From NCBI GenBank assembly GCA_031414595.1, contig JANNVX010000063.1, positions 1 to 24,840 on the forward strand: DNA of 24,840 nt, written 5' to 3'. Both the position numbers and the translations under genes were made by a program. The stretch is from Deinococcales bacterium (GTDB taxonomy: Bacteria; Deinococcota; Deinococci; Deinococcales; JAAFIG01). Shown here one piece after another: positions 17,227-24,840 of the stretch. Every line of letters begins with the position of its first letter. Position 1 is the first letter of the stretch. The notes beneath the pieces were generated by a model. The model was not told the origin of the DNA. It searched no databases and saw nothing but the letters and a program-made list of their open reading frames with translations.

Positions 17227-17568
17227 ATGCAATATGCGGTTCGCTTAGACCAACAAATCACCAGTGGTAAACGACGCAACGACATCGCTAAACGGGTCGC
17301 ACCACACCTTGGACTGGGCATCCCCACATTAGAGCGCCATCTCGAGCGCCCCGATAAGAGCATTATGGTACGCAGCAACAAGCGCAGCGCGGCTGAATTT
17401 ATCGCCAGATGGTTAAGAGCCTACGGTGTTTGCGTCACCGTTCTCGAATACCGTAACCCAAGCACCATGATTCGCCTGACCAGACACGCCAGTCTAACCA
17501 TTCCACCTCGAGCCAATGGATTCAACCGCGTACCGCTTGGGCGACAACCAGCCCCGACGCTGTGCTAA
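17227..17568 (+). CDS. Hypothetical basic protein (113 aa)
   Basis: Strong AGGAGG SD upstream; fills the gap before FKBP. No recognisable family motif. Confidence 0.65.
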   Translation: MQYAVRLDQQITSGKRRNDIAKRVAPHLGLGIPTLERHLERPDKSIMVRSNKRSAAEFIARWLRAYGVCVTVLEYRNPSTMIRLTRHASLTIPPRANGFNRVPLGRQPAPTLC

Positions 17569-17592
17569 AAATTACGGTAAACTGCATGTTCT

Positions 17593-17919
17593 ATGGACGA
17601 AATGATTATCGAAGATAGCATCATCGGCACAGGCGCAACCGCAACTTCTGGACAAATTGTTAAAGTCCACTACACGGGTATGTTCCCAGATGGCAGAGTT
17701 TTTGACTCGAGCCTGCCACGGGGTGAAGCCTTTGAATTCCCCCTTGGGGCTGGGCATGTGATTAAAGGCTGGGATGAAGGTGTAGCCGGTATGAAAGTTG
17801 GCGGAAAACGCAAACTGACCATTCCACCACATCTTGGGTATGGCGCAAGGGGCGCGGGCGGTGTGATTCCACCAAATGCCACACTCGTTTTTGAAGTTGA
17901 ATTGCTTGGCGTGGAGTAG
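17593..17919 (+). CDS. FKBP-type peptidyl-prolyl cis-trans isomerase
   Basis: [40 protein letters not shown] and [14 protein letters not shown]. Confidence 0.96.
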   Translation: MDEMIIEDSIIGTGATATSGQIVKVHYTGMFPDGRVFDSSLPRGEAFEFPLGAGHVIKGWDEGVAGMKVGGKRKLTIPPHLGYGARGAGGVIPPNATLVFEVELLGVE

Positions 17920-17928
17920 AATAAAAGC

Positions 17929-18204
17929 ATGACCATGCTTGAACAAGTCTTATCAAAAAAAGCCTTTGCTGCTTTAGAGCAAATTCGGCAATCACGCGGC
18001 ATCCGTTCTCGAGCTAAAACACTAGAAATGCTGTTGCTCGAGAATGCACCAGATGAAGACGAAATTAATGGGGAAATCGTTCACAGTCCCGAAGATGCGG
18101 CGCTGTTTGCATCTCGAGTTGCCTCAGCCAAAGCAGGGAACACCATTCCAGCCGAAGAAGTTTGGCGAATGCTAGATGAAAAAATCCGAAAGTCCGGCAC
18201 ATGA
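17929..18204 (+). CDS. Putative type II antitoxin (RHH-like N-terminus, acidic C-terminal region)
   Basis: 91 aa immediately upstream of a RelE-like gene with an ATGA overlap. C-terminal AKAGNTIPAEEVWRML resembles RelB/ParD-type tails. TAGAAT -10 (17917-17922) lies 6 nt before the ATG. Confidence 0.72.
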   Translation: MTMLEQVLSKKAFAALEQIRQSRGIRSRAKTLEMLLLENAPDEDEINGEIVHSPEDAALFASRVASAKAGNTIPAEEVWRMLDEKIRKSGT

Positions 18205-18494
18205 GACGATTAGCTGGAACACCTTTACAACTCAGATTTGAATTTGATTCGCCAAAAGAATTACTTCAACTTGCAAGTCATGATGCTTTGGGTGTCAAAA
18301 GACAACTCGATGAACTTGCTTTAACAGGACTTGGCGATGTAAAACCTCTTAGAGGCTCAAAAGATTATTTTCGTTTACGTGTAGGACAAGTTCGGATTGA
18401 GTTTTATGTTGAACTACCTGTTCATCTTCTGGTTGTTGTGCGTATTTTTTATCGTCAAGAAGGATATAAGACCAAAGGGCGCTCGAGACGTTAA
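18201..18494 (+). CDS. RelE/ParE-superfamily type II toxin
   Basis: 97 aa with GDVKPLRGSKDYFRLRVGQVRIEF..LVVVRIFYRQEGY, the typical RelE/StbE pattern. Confidence 0.85.
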   Translation: MRRLAGTPLQLRFEFDSPKELLQLASHDALGVKRQLDELALTGLGDVKPLRGSKDYFRLRVGQVRIEFYVELPVHLLVVVRIFYRQEGYKTKGRSRR

Positions 18495-19675
18495 TGAATT
18501 ATCTTCTGGCTCATACGGTGCGCTTTAGCCGTGAGTTACGTGAAGCTGGGGTGCGGGTCACACCAAGCCAAACCGAGGTTTTCACACTGGCGCTCAGTCA
18601 TATTTCGATGCTCGAGCCAAAAGCCTTTGCCGATACTGCCCGAACTTGTTTAATCTCGAGACGCGAGGACTTGGCTAAATTTGAACAGGTTTTCAGAACC
18701 TTCTGGACTGAACTTGGCATGGGCGGAATTCCCGATGAACTGCTGAATCAACTGAGCCTACCCAATCAGCAACAAAAACCCCGTCCTGCCGAAGTTCGGG
18801 AAAGCTCGAGTCAAACTGCGCCTCGTTCAGATTTGCCACCACAACCGCTGACCGACCGAGCCTTGACCTACAGTTCTGATGAAACCCTTAAAGCCAAGCG
18901 TTTTGACCAAATGAACCCGTTTGAACTCGAGGCAGCCAAAAATGCCTTAAAGCGTTTTCAGTGGCGCGTTGGCGAGCGGCGTACCCGACGATTTGCACCT
19001 GCCACCAAAGGCGAACGGCTCGATTACCGCAAGTCGTTTCGCACCGCCATGCGTTATGGGGGCGAATGGATTCGGCTCGAGATGAGACAAACAAAAACCA
19101 AGCCACGTCCGCTTGTTGTGATTGCCGATGTCTCGGGCAGTATGGAACGCTATGCACGGTTGTTGCTGCATTTTATGCACGCTGTAACCCAACGACTCGA
19201 GCGGCGCAATATCGAAACTTTTGCCTTTGGTACACGCCTGACCAGAATCACCAAGAACCTCGAGCGGCGCGATGTAGATACTGCCCTGACCGAAGTCGGA
19301 CAGCGCGTTAATGATTGGTCTGGCGGAACACGCATTGGCTCGAGCTTAGAAATTTTTAATCGGGTTCATGCCAAACGGGTCTTAGGACGCGGCGCAGTGG
19401 TCCTCATTATCTCCGATGGCTGGGATCAAGGCGAACCGAACGTACTGGGCGCAGCAATGGAGCGCTTACAAAAAACCTGTCACCGTTTAATCTGGCTTAA
19501 CCCACTGATTGGCACAAAGGATTTTCAACCTCAGACAAGGGGACTTCTGGCAGCCCTACCCTTCGTGGATGATTTCCTGAGCATTCATAACTTAAGCAGT
19601 CTCGAGCAACTAGCCACACATCTTGAAGGCATCAGCAGTTTGCGTTCGGCAAGACGCAGTGGGCTTAAAGGTTAA
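18494..19675 (+). CDS. CoxE-like VWA domain protein
   Basis: N-terminal FSRELREAGVRV..FEQVFRTFW; MIDAS DVSGSMERYAR; FAFGTRLTRIT, WSGGTRIG, ISDGWDQG and LIWLNPL. Confidence 0.9.
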   Translation: MNYLLAHTVRFSRELREAGVRVTPSQTEVFTLALSHISMLEPKAFADTARTCLISRREDLAKFEQVFRTFWTELGMGGIPDELLNQLSLPNQQQKPRPAEVRESSSQTAPRSDLPPQPLTDRALTYSSDETLKAKRFDQMNPFELEAAKNALKRFQWRVGERRTRRFAPATKGERLDYRKSFRTAMRYGGEWIRLEMRQTKTKPRPLVVIADVSGSMERYARLLLHFMHAVTQRLERRNIETFAFGTRLTRITKNLERRDVDTALTEVGQRVNDWSGGTRIGSSLEIFNRVHAKRVLGRGAVVLIISDGWDQGEPNVLGAAMERLQKTCHRLIWLNPLIGTKDFQPQTRGLLAALPFVDDFLSIHNLSSLEQLATHLEGISSLRSARRSGLKG

Positions 19676-20055
19676 AGGTTAGGAAATTCTACTAATGCGC
19701 CTAGTCCAAGAATAATTTCCTCAAGAACTTCGGGTTCGAGAACACTAAGACGCTTAATAAAACGTTGCGAACTAACAGTCATAGCTCGAGTTTGTGCTGT
19801 GTCTGCCGCCGATTTCTTCTCGAGACCATTTTGGATTGTTGATTCAATGGGAATAATCCAAATTCGATTTTCGTAAGTTTTTGCCCATCCTGTTAATGGA
19901 ACGACCAAACGAACAGGATGTAACAGCAGTGCATCAGAACTAATGACCACGGCAGGACGTTGTTTTTGAATTTCAGAACCCCTAGCGGGATTAAAATTAA
20001 CTTGCCAAATTTCGCCACGCTTTACAATTGGTGGGACACCGTAAACTTCAGTCAT
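19672..20055 (-). CDS. PemK/MazF family toxin (endoribonuclease)
   Basis: KRGEIWQVNFNPARGSEIQKQRPAVVIS, VVPLT, NGLEKKSAADTAQTR. Confidence 0.92.
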   Translation of the reverse strand: MTEVYGVPPIVKRGEIWQVNFNPARGSEIQKQRPAVVISSDALLLHPVRLVVPLTGWAKTYENRIWIIPIESTIQNGLEKKSAADTAQTRAMTVSSQRFIKRLSVLEPEVLEEIILGLGALVEFPNL

Positions 20056-20245
20056 GGAGTCCTGTTAGGTCATCGGTTTGTTCAAGCCATTCCATCGCTT
20101 CGGAATCGGGTGTGTAAATTGCCTCGCCAATAGCTTGTAGCTCAAGTAAATCACGCCTTTGTTGAACCGATAAACGCATAAATGCCCGCCTGTCTAAATG
20201 AGGCAACGGATGTGTTCTATCCGTGATTTGTTGGGAAGAGTTCAT
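20048..20245 (-). CDS. Putative antitoxin of the MazF gene (65 aa, not MazE/AbrB-like)
   Basis: Overlaps the toxin start by 8 nt; acidic C-terminus. TACACT -10 (20253-20258) lies 7 nt before its ATG. Confidence 0.7.
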   Translation of the reverse strand: MNSSQQITDRTHPLPHLDRRAFMRLSVQQRRDLLELQAIGEAIYTPDSEAMEWLEQTDDLTGLHD

Positions 20246-20291
20246 ACTAAATAGTGTAGCAGGTTCATCTAGCCCATGTTACTCTGCCCAA
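20246..20291. promoter_or_regulatory. Divergent leaderless promoters (antitoxin-MazF / hisA)
   Basis: Minus-strand TACACT (20253-20258) is 7 nt before ATG 20245. Plus-strand TG-T-TACTCT (20277-20285) is 6 nt before ATG 20292. Confidence 0.65.
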
Positions 20292-20993
20292 ATGGTTAAT
20301 GTGATTCCTTGTGTGGACATTCAACGCGGACGGGCAGTACGGCTTTATAAAGGCGACCCAAAACTCGAGACGGTCTATTTTGATTCGTCTCTCGAGGCAG
20401 CGCTGCACTGGGCAAACAAAGGTGCAAAACTGGTGCATTTGGTGGATTTAGACGCAGCCACTGGCACAGGCGAGAACCGCGCCATTATTCTCGAGATTGC
20501 TAAGACCTTGAGTGTACCGGTTGAAGTTGGTGGTGGGATTCGCAGTCTCGAGTCGGCAAGGGAATTACTAAACGGTGGCGTAAACCGAATTATTATTGGA
20601 ACGGCAGCCGTGACCGACCCAAAATTGATCAAAACTGCGATTCTCGAGTTTGGCACAGATAAAGTTGTGGTTAGCCTAGATGCTAAAGAGGGCTTAGTGG
20701 CGGTCAAAGGTTGGGCAGAAACCAGCAGTCTGAGTGCCGTAGAAATGGCAGCCCAAGTTTGGGAGGCTGGAATCCGCACCCTGATTTACACCGATATTGC
20801 CAGAGATGGTACACTCGAGGGCTTAAATCCAGAGCCACTAAAACCGATGCGACTGGCTTGGCGAGGTGAGCTAATCGCCGGTGGTGGGGTGCGTGACCAA
20901 GCCGATATTCGTCTGCTCGAGACCCTAAGAATAGAGGGTGTGATTGTTGGACGAGCGATTTACGAAGGGACACTCAAATTTGGGATAAACTAA
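20292..20993 (+). CDS. hisA: ProFAR isomerase (histidine biosynthesis)
   Basis: VIPCVDIQRGRAVRLYKG, VHLVDLDAA, VEVGGGIRS, IYTDIARDGTLEG, IAGGGV and GVIVGRAIYEG. Start corrected to ATG 20292. Confidence 0.95.
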   Translation: MVNVIPCVDIQRGRAVRLYKGDPKLETVYFDSSLEAALHWANKGAKLVHLVDLDAATGTGENRAIILEIAKTLSVPVEVGGGIRSLESARELLNGGVNRIIIGTAAVTDPKLIKTAILEFGTDKVVVSLDAKEGLVAVKGWAETSSLSAVEMAAQVWEAGIRTLIYTDIARDGTLEGLNPEPLKPMRLAWRGELIAGGGVRDQADIRLLETLRIEGVIVGRAIYEGTLKFGIN

Positions 20994-20996
20994 ATC

Positions 20997-22154
20997 ATGA
21001 CAACAGACTTAGCGGCTTTACAATCTAAACTCCGTGATTTTATGAATAGCGTTGTTATCCCAAGGGAACGCGAATTCGTTGGGCATTTTAGCCTCGAGCA
21101 ACTCGAAACGGTTCGGTCAGAACTGCAAACCGAAGGCAAAAAAACGGGGCTGTGGTTGCCGCATTTACCAAGTTCGCTTGGGGGTTTGGGGCTGCCTTGG
21201 GTACAAGCCTATAAACTTTTCATCGAAGCGGGACGCAGTATGCTCGGACCTCATGCGCTAAACATTGCCGCGCCAGATGAAGGCAATATGCACTTGCTGC
21301 ATGTGGTGGCAAATGAAACCCAAAAAGAAAAATGGTTGATGCCATTAACAAAGGGTGAAATCAGGTCGTGTTTCTCGATGACCGAACCACCGCCCGGGGC
21401 GGGTTCAGACCCAAGTATGCTCCAAGCCAGTGCGGTTAAAGAAAATGGAGTCTGGAAACTCGAGGCAAAAAAATGGTTTATTTCAGGAGCGTGGGGTGCA
21501 GCTTTTACGCTGATACTGGCAAAAACTGTAGAAGGTGCAACGATTTTTTTAATCCCAATGAATCACCCAAGTATTCGGATTTCTCGAGTCATCCCAACGC
21601 TTGACCATTTTTCGCCTGGTGGACATTGCGAACTCGAGTTTGACAATTTAGAGCTAACTGATGCCGATGTACTTGGTGAACCCGGTAAGGGTTTTGATTA
21701 CGCTCAGATTCGCCTCGACCCAGCCCGATTAACCCACTGTATGCGCTGGCTTGGAATTGCCATGCGTTCACTCGAGTACGCCGAAAATTACGCGCTCAAC
21801 CGTTCGAGTTTTGGCAAGAAATTATCTGAGCAGCAAATGGTGCAACAAATGATTGCCGATAGCCATATCGAAATTTTTGCTTGCCAGACAATGATAGAGC
21901 AGGCTTGTCGAATTTTAGACGCGGGTGAGCGAGTTCGCCATGAAGCCAGCATGACCAAGGTTTTTGTGTCCGAAGCGGTCAATAAAATCATTGACCGCAG
22001 CTTGCAAATCATGGGCAGCACAGGCATTAGCGAAGATTATCCAGTCTCGAGTTTTTATAAAGAAGCGAGACCATTTAGAATTTATGATGGGGCGAACGAA
22101 GTCCACCGCATGAGCATTGCGCGGCGGGCATTTCGGCGGGCTTCGGAACGTTAG
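20997..22154 (+). CDS. Acyl-CoA dehydrogenase family protein
   Basis: APDEGNMHLL, RSCFSMTEP..GSD, KWFISGA, RLTHCMRWLG and RIYDGANEVH. Confidence 0.95.
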   Translation: MTTDLAALQSKLRDFMNSVVIPREREFVGHFSLEQLETVRSELQTEGKKTGLWLPHLPSSLGGLGLPWVQAYKLFIEAGRSMLGPHALNIAAPDEGNMHLLHVVANETQKEKWLMPLTKGEIRSCFSMTEPPPGAGSDPSMLQASAVKENGVWKLEAKKWFISGAWGAAFTLILAKTVEGATIFLIPMNHPSIRISRVIPTLDHFSPGGHCELEFDNLELTDADVLGEPGKGFDYAQIRLDPARLTHCMRWLGIAMRSLEYAENYALNRSSFGKKLSEQQMVQQMIADSHIEIFACQTMIEQACRILDAGERVRHEASMTKVFVSEAVNKIIDRSLQIMGSTGISEDYPVSSFYKEARPFRIYDGANEVHRMSIARRAFRRASER

Positions 22155-22222
22155 CGGTTAACATTCTGTACTGCGTCTAAACTCTTCGCCTCGAGCCTGA
22201 ATAATTTGTATGATGCACCACC

Positions 22223-24193
22223 ATGAATGAGACCCTTGCTGTCAATACCTTACGCGCCCTCGCCCTTGATGCTATTTGCAAAGCCAAAGAAGGACACCCC
22301 GGTGCGCCGCTTGGGATGGCGGCGATTGGTTATGTGCTGTGGACAAAAATCATGCGCTATAACCCCAAAAACCCAAACTGGTTGGCTCGAGACCGTTTTG
22401 TGCTGAGTGCGGGTCATGGCAGCATGTTGCAGTACGCCGCTTTGCACCTGACGGGGTATGACTTGCCACTTGAGCAACTAAAGCAATTCAGGCAATGGGG
22501 CAGTGCCACGGCTGGACACCCAGAAGTTGGGCATACGGCTGGAGTCGAGACCACCACTGGTCCACTTGGGCAGGGCTTTGCCAATGCGGTTGGTATGGCA
22601 CTGGGTTTACAGCACTTGGCGGCGCGGTACAATCGTGACCAACACGAGATTGTGGACGGATTTGTCTATGGTATTTGCTCTGACGGCGACCTCCAAGAAG
22701 GGATTTCACACGAGACCGCCAGTTTAGCGGGGCATCTTGGGCTTGGCAAACTGATTATGCTTTACGATGACAACAACATCCAACTTGATGGTCCGACCCA
22801 GTGGGCATTTTCCGAAGACATAACAGTGCGTTTTATGTCTTACAATTGGCAAGTCCTCGAGATTACCGAGGGCGATACCGATTATGCTGGTCTCGAGAAT
22901 GCGATTAAAGCTGCCCAAGCCGACCCACGTCCAAGTTTAATCAAAGTCAGAACCACGATTGGTTATGGTTTACCAAAGGCGGGACAAGCCGATGTTCACG
23001 GTAAAGCCCCAAGCGCGGATGATGTGATTTTTGCCAAAAAGCAGTACGGTTTTACGAACCTCGAGCCGTTTTTTATAGACCCAGAAGGTGCTGCCCCGTG
23101 GCAAGAAGCTGGTGCAAAAGGTGCGGTACTCGAGGCAGCAGGCAATGCCAAATACGGGGCGTATATGGCAGCTTACCCAGAACTGGCATCAGAATTACTC
23201 AGCATGATGCAAAATCCAGTCCAGCACTACCCACTCGAGAACTTGCCCAAATACGAAGTTGGCAAGATGGTACGCACCCGTAACGCTGGCGGCGACAGCA
23301 TCAATGTGCTTGTTAAACTCGAGCCACGCCTGATTGGTGGCAGTGCCGACCTCAGCAGCAGCAACATGACGACCATCAAGGGCGAAGCTGCCATGACCAA
23401 AGATAATTTGGCAGCCCGCAACATTAACTTTGGAGTACGCGAATTTGGTATGGCGGGTATGGCAAATGGTATGGCACTGGTGGGGCTACGCCCGTTTATC
23501 GCCACATTCTTTACCTTCTCCGATTATATGAAAAACGCCATCCGCATGGCAGCCCTGATGCACCAACCTGTGATTTATGTCTTCACCCACGATAGCATTG
23601 GTGTAGGCACAGACGGACCAACCCACCAACCGATTGAACATTTGGCAGCCTTGCGAGCGATTCCAAACCTAAGCGTCATTCGCCCAGCCGATGCCAACGA
23701 GACCAGTGTGGCATGGAAAATAGCCCTCGAGCAGCAGCATAAACCAACGGCGATTGTGCTTAGTCGCCAAGATTTACCAGTCCTCGAGATAAACGCCAAT
23801 GCAGCCAAAGGCGGCTATATTGTTAAGGATTCCGACGGCACAGCCGATGTGATTCTGATTGCTACTGGCAGCGAAGTGAGTTTGGCACTCGAGACCCAAA
23901 AAGCACTGCTCGAGCAGGGGAAAAAAGCCCGTGTGGTCAGTTTGTTGTCTTGGGATATTTTTGCCATGCAAAGTGCCGAGTACAAGGAAAGTGTACTGCC
24001 CAATAGCATCCGCGCTCGGGTGGCGATTGAGGCTGGCTCGAGCCTCGGCTGGGAGCGGTTTGTGGGCTTGGATGGCGGTATGGTGACGCTTGACAGGTAC
24101 GGAGCAAGTGCGCCAGATGCGGTGGTGTTTAAGGAGCTTGGGTTTAATGTGGAGAATGTGGTTAAGGTTGTTCTCGAGACAATAAAAGGATAA
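22223..24193 (+). CDS. tkt: Transketolase
   Basis: GHPGAPLG, RDRFVLSAGHGSML, TTGPLGQG, DGDLQEGIS, FGVREFGM, THDSIGVGTDGPTHQP and RPADANE. Confidence 0.98.
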   Translation: MNETLAVNTLRALALDAICKAKEGHPGAPLGMAAIGYVLWTKIMRYNPKNPNWLARDRFVLSAGHGSMLQYAALHLTGYDLPLEQLKQFRQWGSATAGHPEVGHTAGVETTTGPLGQGFANAVGMALGLQHLAARYNRDQHEIVDGFVYGICSDGDLQEGISHETASLAGHLGLGKLIMLYDDNNIQLDGPTQWAFSEDITVRFMSYNWQVLEITEGDTDYAGLENAIKAAQADPRPSLIKVRTTIGYGLPKAGQADVHGKAPSADDVIFAKKQYGFTNLEPFFIDPEGAAPWQEAGAKGAVLEAAGNAKYGAYMAAYPELASELLSMMQNPVQHYPLENLPKYEVGKMVRTRNAGGDSINVLVKLEPRLIGGSADLSSSNMTTIKGEAAMTKDNLAARNINFGVREFGMAGMANGMALVGLRPFIATFFTFSDYMKNAIRMAALMHQPVIYVFTHDSIGVGTDGPTHQPIEHLAALRAIPNLSVIRPADANETSVAWKIALEQQHKPTAIVLSRQDLPVLEINANAAKGGYIVKDSDGTADVILIATGSEVSLALETQKALLEQGKKARVVSLLSWDIFAMQSAEYKESVLPNSIRARVAIEAGSSLGWERFVGLDGGMVTLDRYGASAPDAVVFKELGFNVENVVKVVLETIKG

Positions 24194-24203
24194 AAGGAGA
24201 CTT

Positions 24204-24641
24204 ATGAACATGGATGAGTACAAAGTGGCAACTTTAGCAATCGGGGATAGAAAAGTTAAGGGAAAAGCAAAGTTTACTTATAAAAAAAGTGATTTAACTG
24301 AAAGGTTCAATCCGGCAAATCCTGTTTTTGATTTTTTTATGGGTGAATTTAGCGCTTTATTAGAAGAATTTGGTCTTGAATACGATCAAAATAGTCAATC
24401 TTGTAGGATACTAGATTCAAATACTGAAAATAGATCTAAACAAGTGGACTCTGAATCAAACTCCGAAAGAAAAACAATCGTTCAACAAATCATAGGTGAT
24501 GAACAAGTAATATTTACCGTATTTTTAAGCGATGGAGTGCAGATCGATATACCTGTAACAGTAGAAAATAGCTCTTCAAACGATGGACTTTCTATAACAG
24601 TTAAATTCAGTAAGACAACCCCCTATACTCGAGGCAACTAA
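24204..24641 (+). CDS. Hypothetical protein, AT-rich (145 aa)
   Basis: AAGGAG SD just upstream; visibly more AT-rich than neighbouring genes. No recognisable motif. Confidence 0.6.
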   Translation: MNMDEYKVATLAIGDRKVKGKAKFTYKKSDLTERFNPANPVFDFFMGEFSALLEEFGLEYDQNSQSCRILDSNTENRSKQVDSESNSERKTIVQQIIGDEQVIFTVFLSDGVQIDIPVTVENSSSNDGLSITVKFSKTTPYTRGN

Positions 24642-24702
24642 ACAAAAACCAGCATCTCCCACGCACTCCCCCTCGCCTTAGGCTCGACCCTTCTTGCTCA
24701 TA

Positions 24703-24840
24703 ATACCAAATTTACTTAGATAGTATTTAATCATCGAGCCAGCTAAAACCAGCCCGACCACGAACCAGTTCAGGATTCTGCATCAGAAAAGCACAACGGT
24801 CACACAAAATATCTTCCAAAGCATCCAAATCAGCAAAGAT
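24703..24840 (-). mobile_element. End of a probable IS630-family insertion sequence (transposase C-terminus, truncated by the window edge)
   Basis: Minus frame 24840..24727 reads IFADLDALEDILCDRCAFLMQNPELVRGRAGFSWLDD-stop, resembling IS630 transposase C-termini. About 25 bp later comes ATACCAAATTTAC (plus strand 24703) next to a TA dinucleotide (24701-24702), the typical IS630 target. This ORF is not in the supplied track. Confidence 0.7.

Larger units (their letters stand above)
483..24633. repeat. Highly iterated palindrome CTCGAG dispersed across the window
   Basis: About 135 copies by hand count (e.g. 483, 648, 665, 779, 885, 947, 1038, 1067, 1152 ... 24037, 24173, 24628) versus about 6 expected for a hexamer. 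Confidence 0.97.

Noticed and set aside
20223-20291. N-terminal extension of HisA in the ORF track
   Set aside because: It overlaps the divergent antitoxin gene; HisA similarity begins at ATG 20292, which has a correctly placed -10 box.
20292-20993. hisA outside a his operon as a novelty
   Set aside because: Scattered his genes are common in many bacteria, and nothing in the sequence suggests a changed function.
216-24223. Numerous short alternative-frame and antisense ORFs (e.g. 3750..4199, 17572..17946, 20375..20779, 23774..24223)
   Set aside because: They are nested in well-supported genes and have no recognisable motifs or translation signals.
483-24633. CTCGAG abundance as an XhoI cloning or ligation artefact
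   Set aside because: Conserved proteins (Tkt, HisA, FKBP, permeases) run full-length and in frame through many sites with motifs intact, which random ligation of fragments would not give.
483-24633. CTCGAG abundance as simple Leu-Glu codon-pair bias
   Set aside because: Sites occur in all three phases and in non-coding DNA, and some Leu-Glu pairs use other codons.
1-24840. rRNA, tRNA, riboswitch or prophage
   Set aside because: Intergenic gaps are short, and I saw no cloverleaf, rRNA-like, riboswitch-like or phage gene signatures.

Overview
Gene-dense bacterial chromosome segment, roughly 47-50% GC by eye. It is most consistent with a Deinococcota (Deinococcales-like) genome; this is inferred from many TANNNT -10 boxes placed 5-8 nt before start codons (leaderless genes) and from gene content. 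Left to right it holds: a REP-like palindrome pair; a minus-strand run of CDGSH Fe-S protein, GGDEF cyclase, TPR-GH26 hydrolase, SRPBCC protein and YcaQ glycosylase; a DagK-family lipid kinase; a WD40 protein; a DeoR-regulated sugar ABC operon ending in a SIS-domain enzyme; a PotD-like binding protein; a secreted CXXCH/DxDxDG protein; a PP2C phosphatase plus membrane Ser/Thr kinase with NHL repeats; an FKBP; a CoxE-like VWA gene between RelE-type and MazF-type toxin-antitoxin pairs; hisA; an acyl-CoA dehydrogenase; tkt; an AT-rich orphan ORF; and the end of a probable IS630 element at the right edge. The dominant signal not explained by the genes is the palindrome CTCGAG. By hand count it occurs about 135 times (about 1 per 185 bp, versus about 6 expected). 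It appears in all three codon phases and between genes, and it is built into a tandem repeat, a stem-loop and two ribosome-binding sites, behaving like a HIP1-style highly iterated palindrome.
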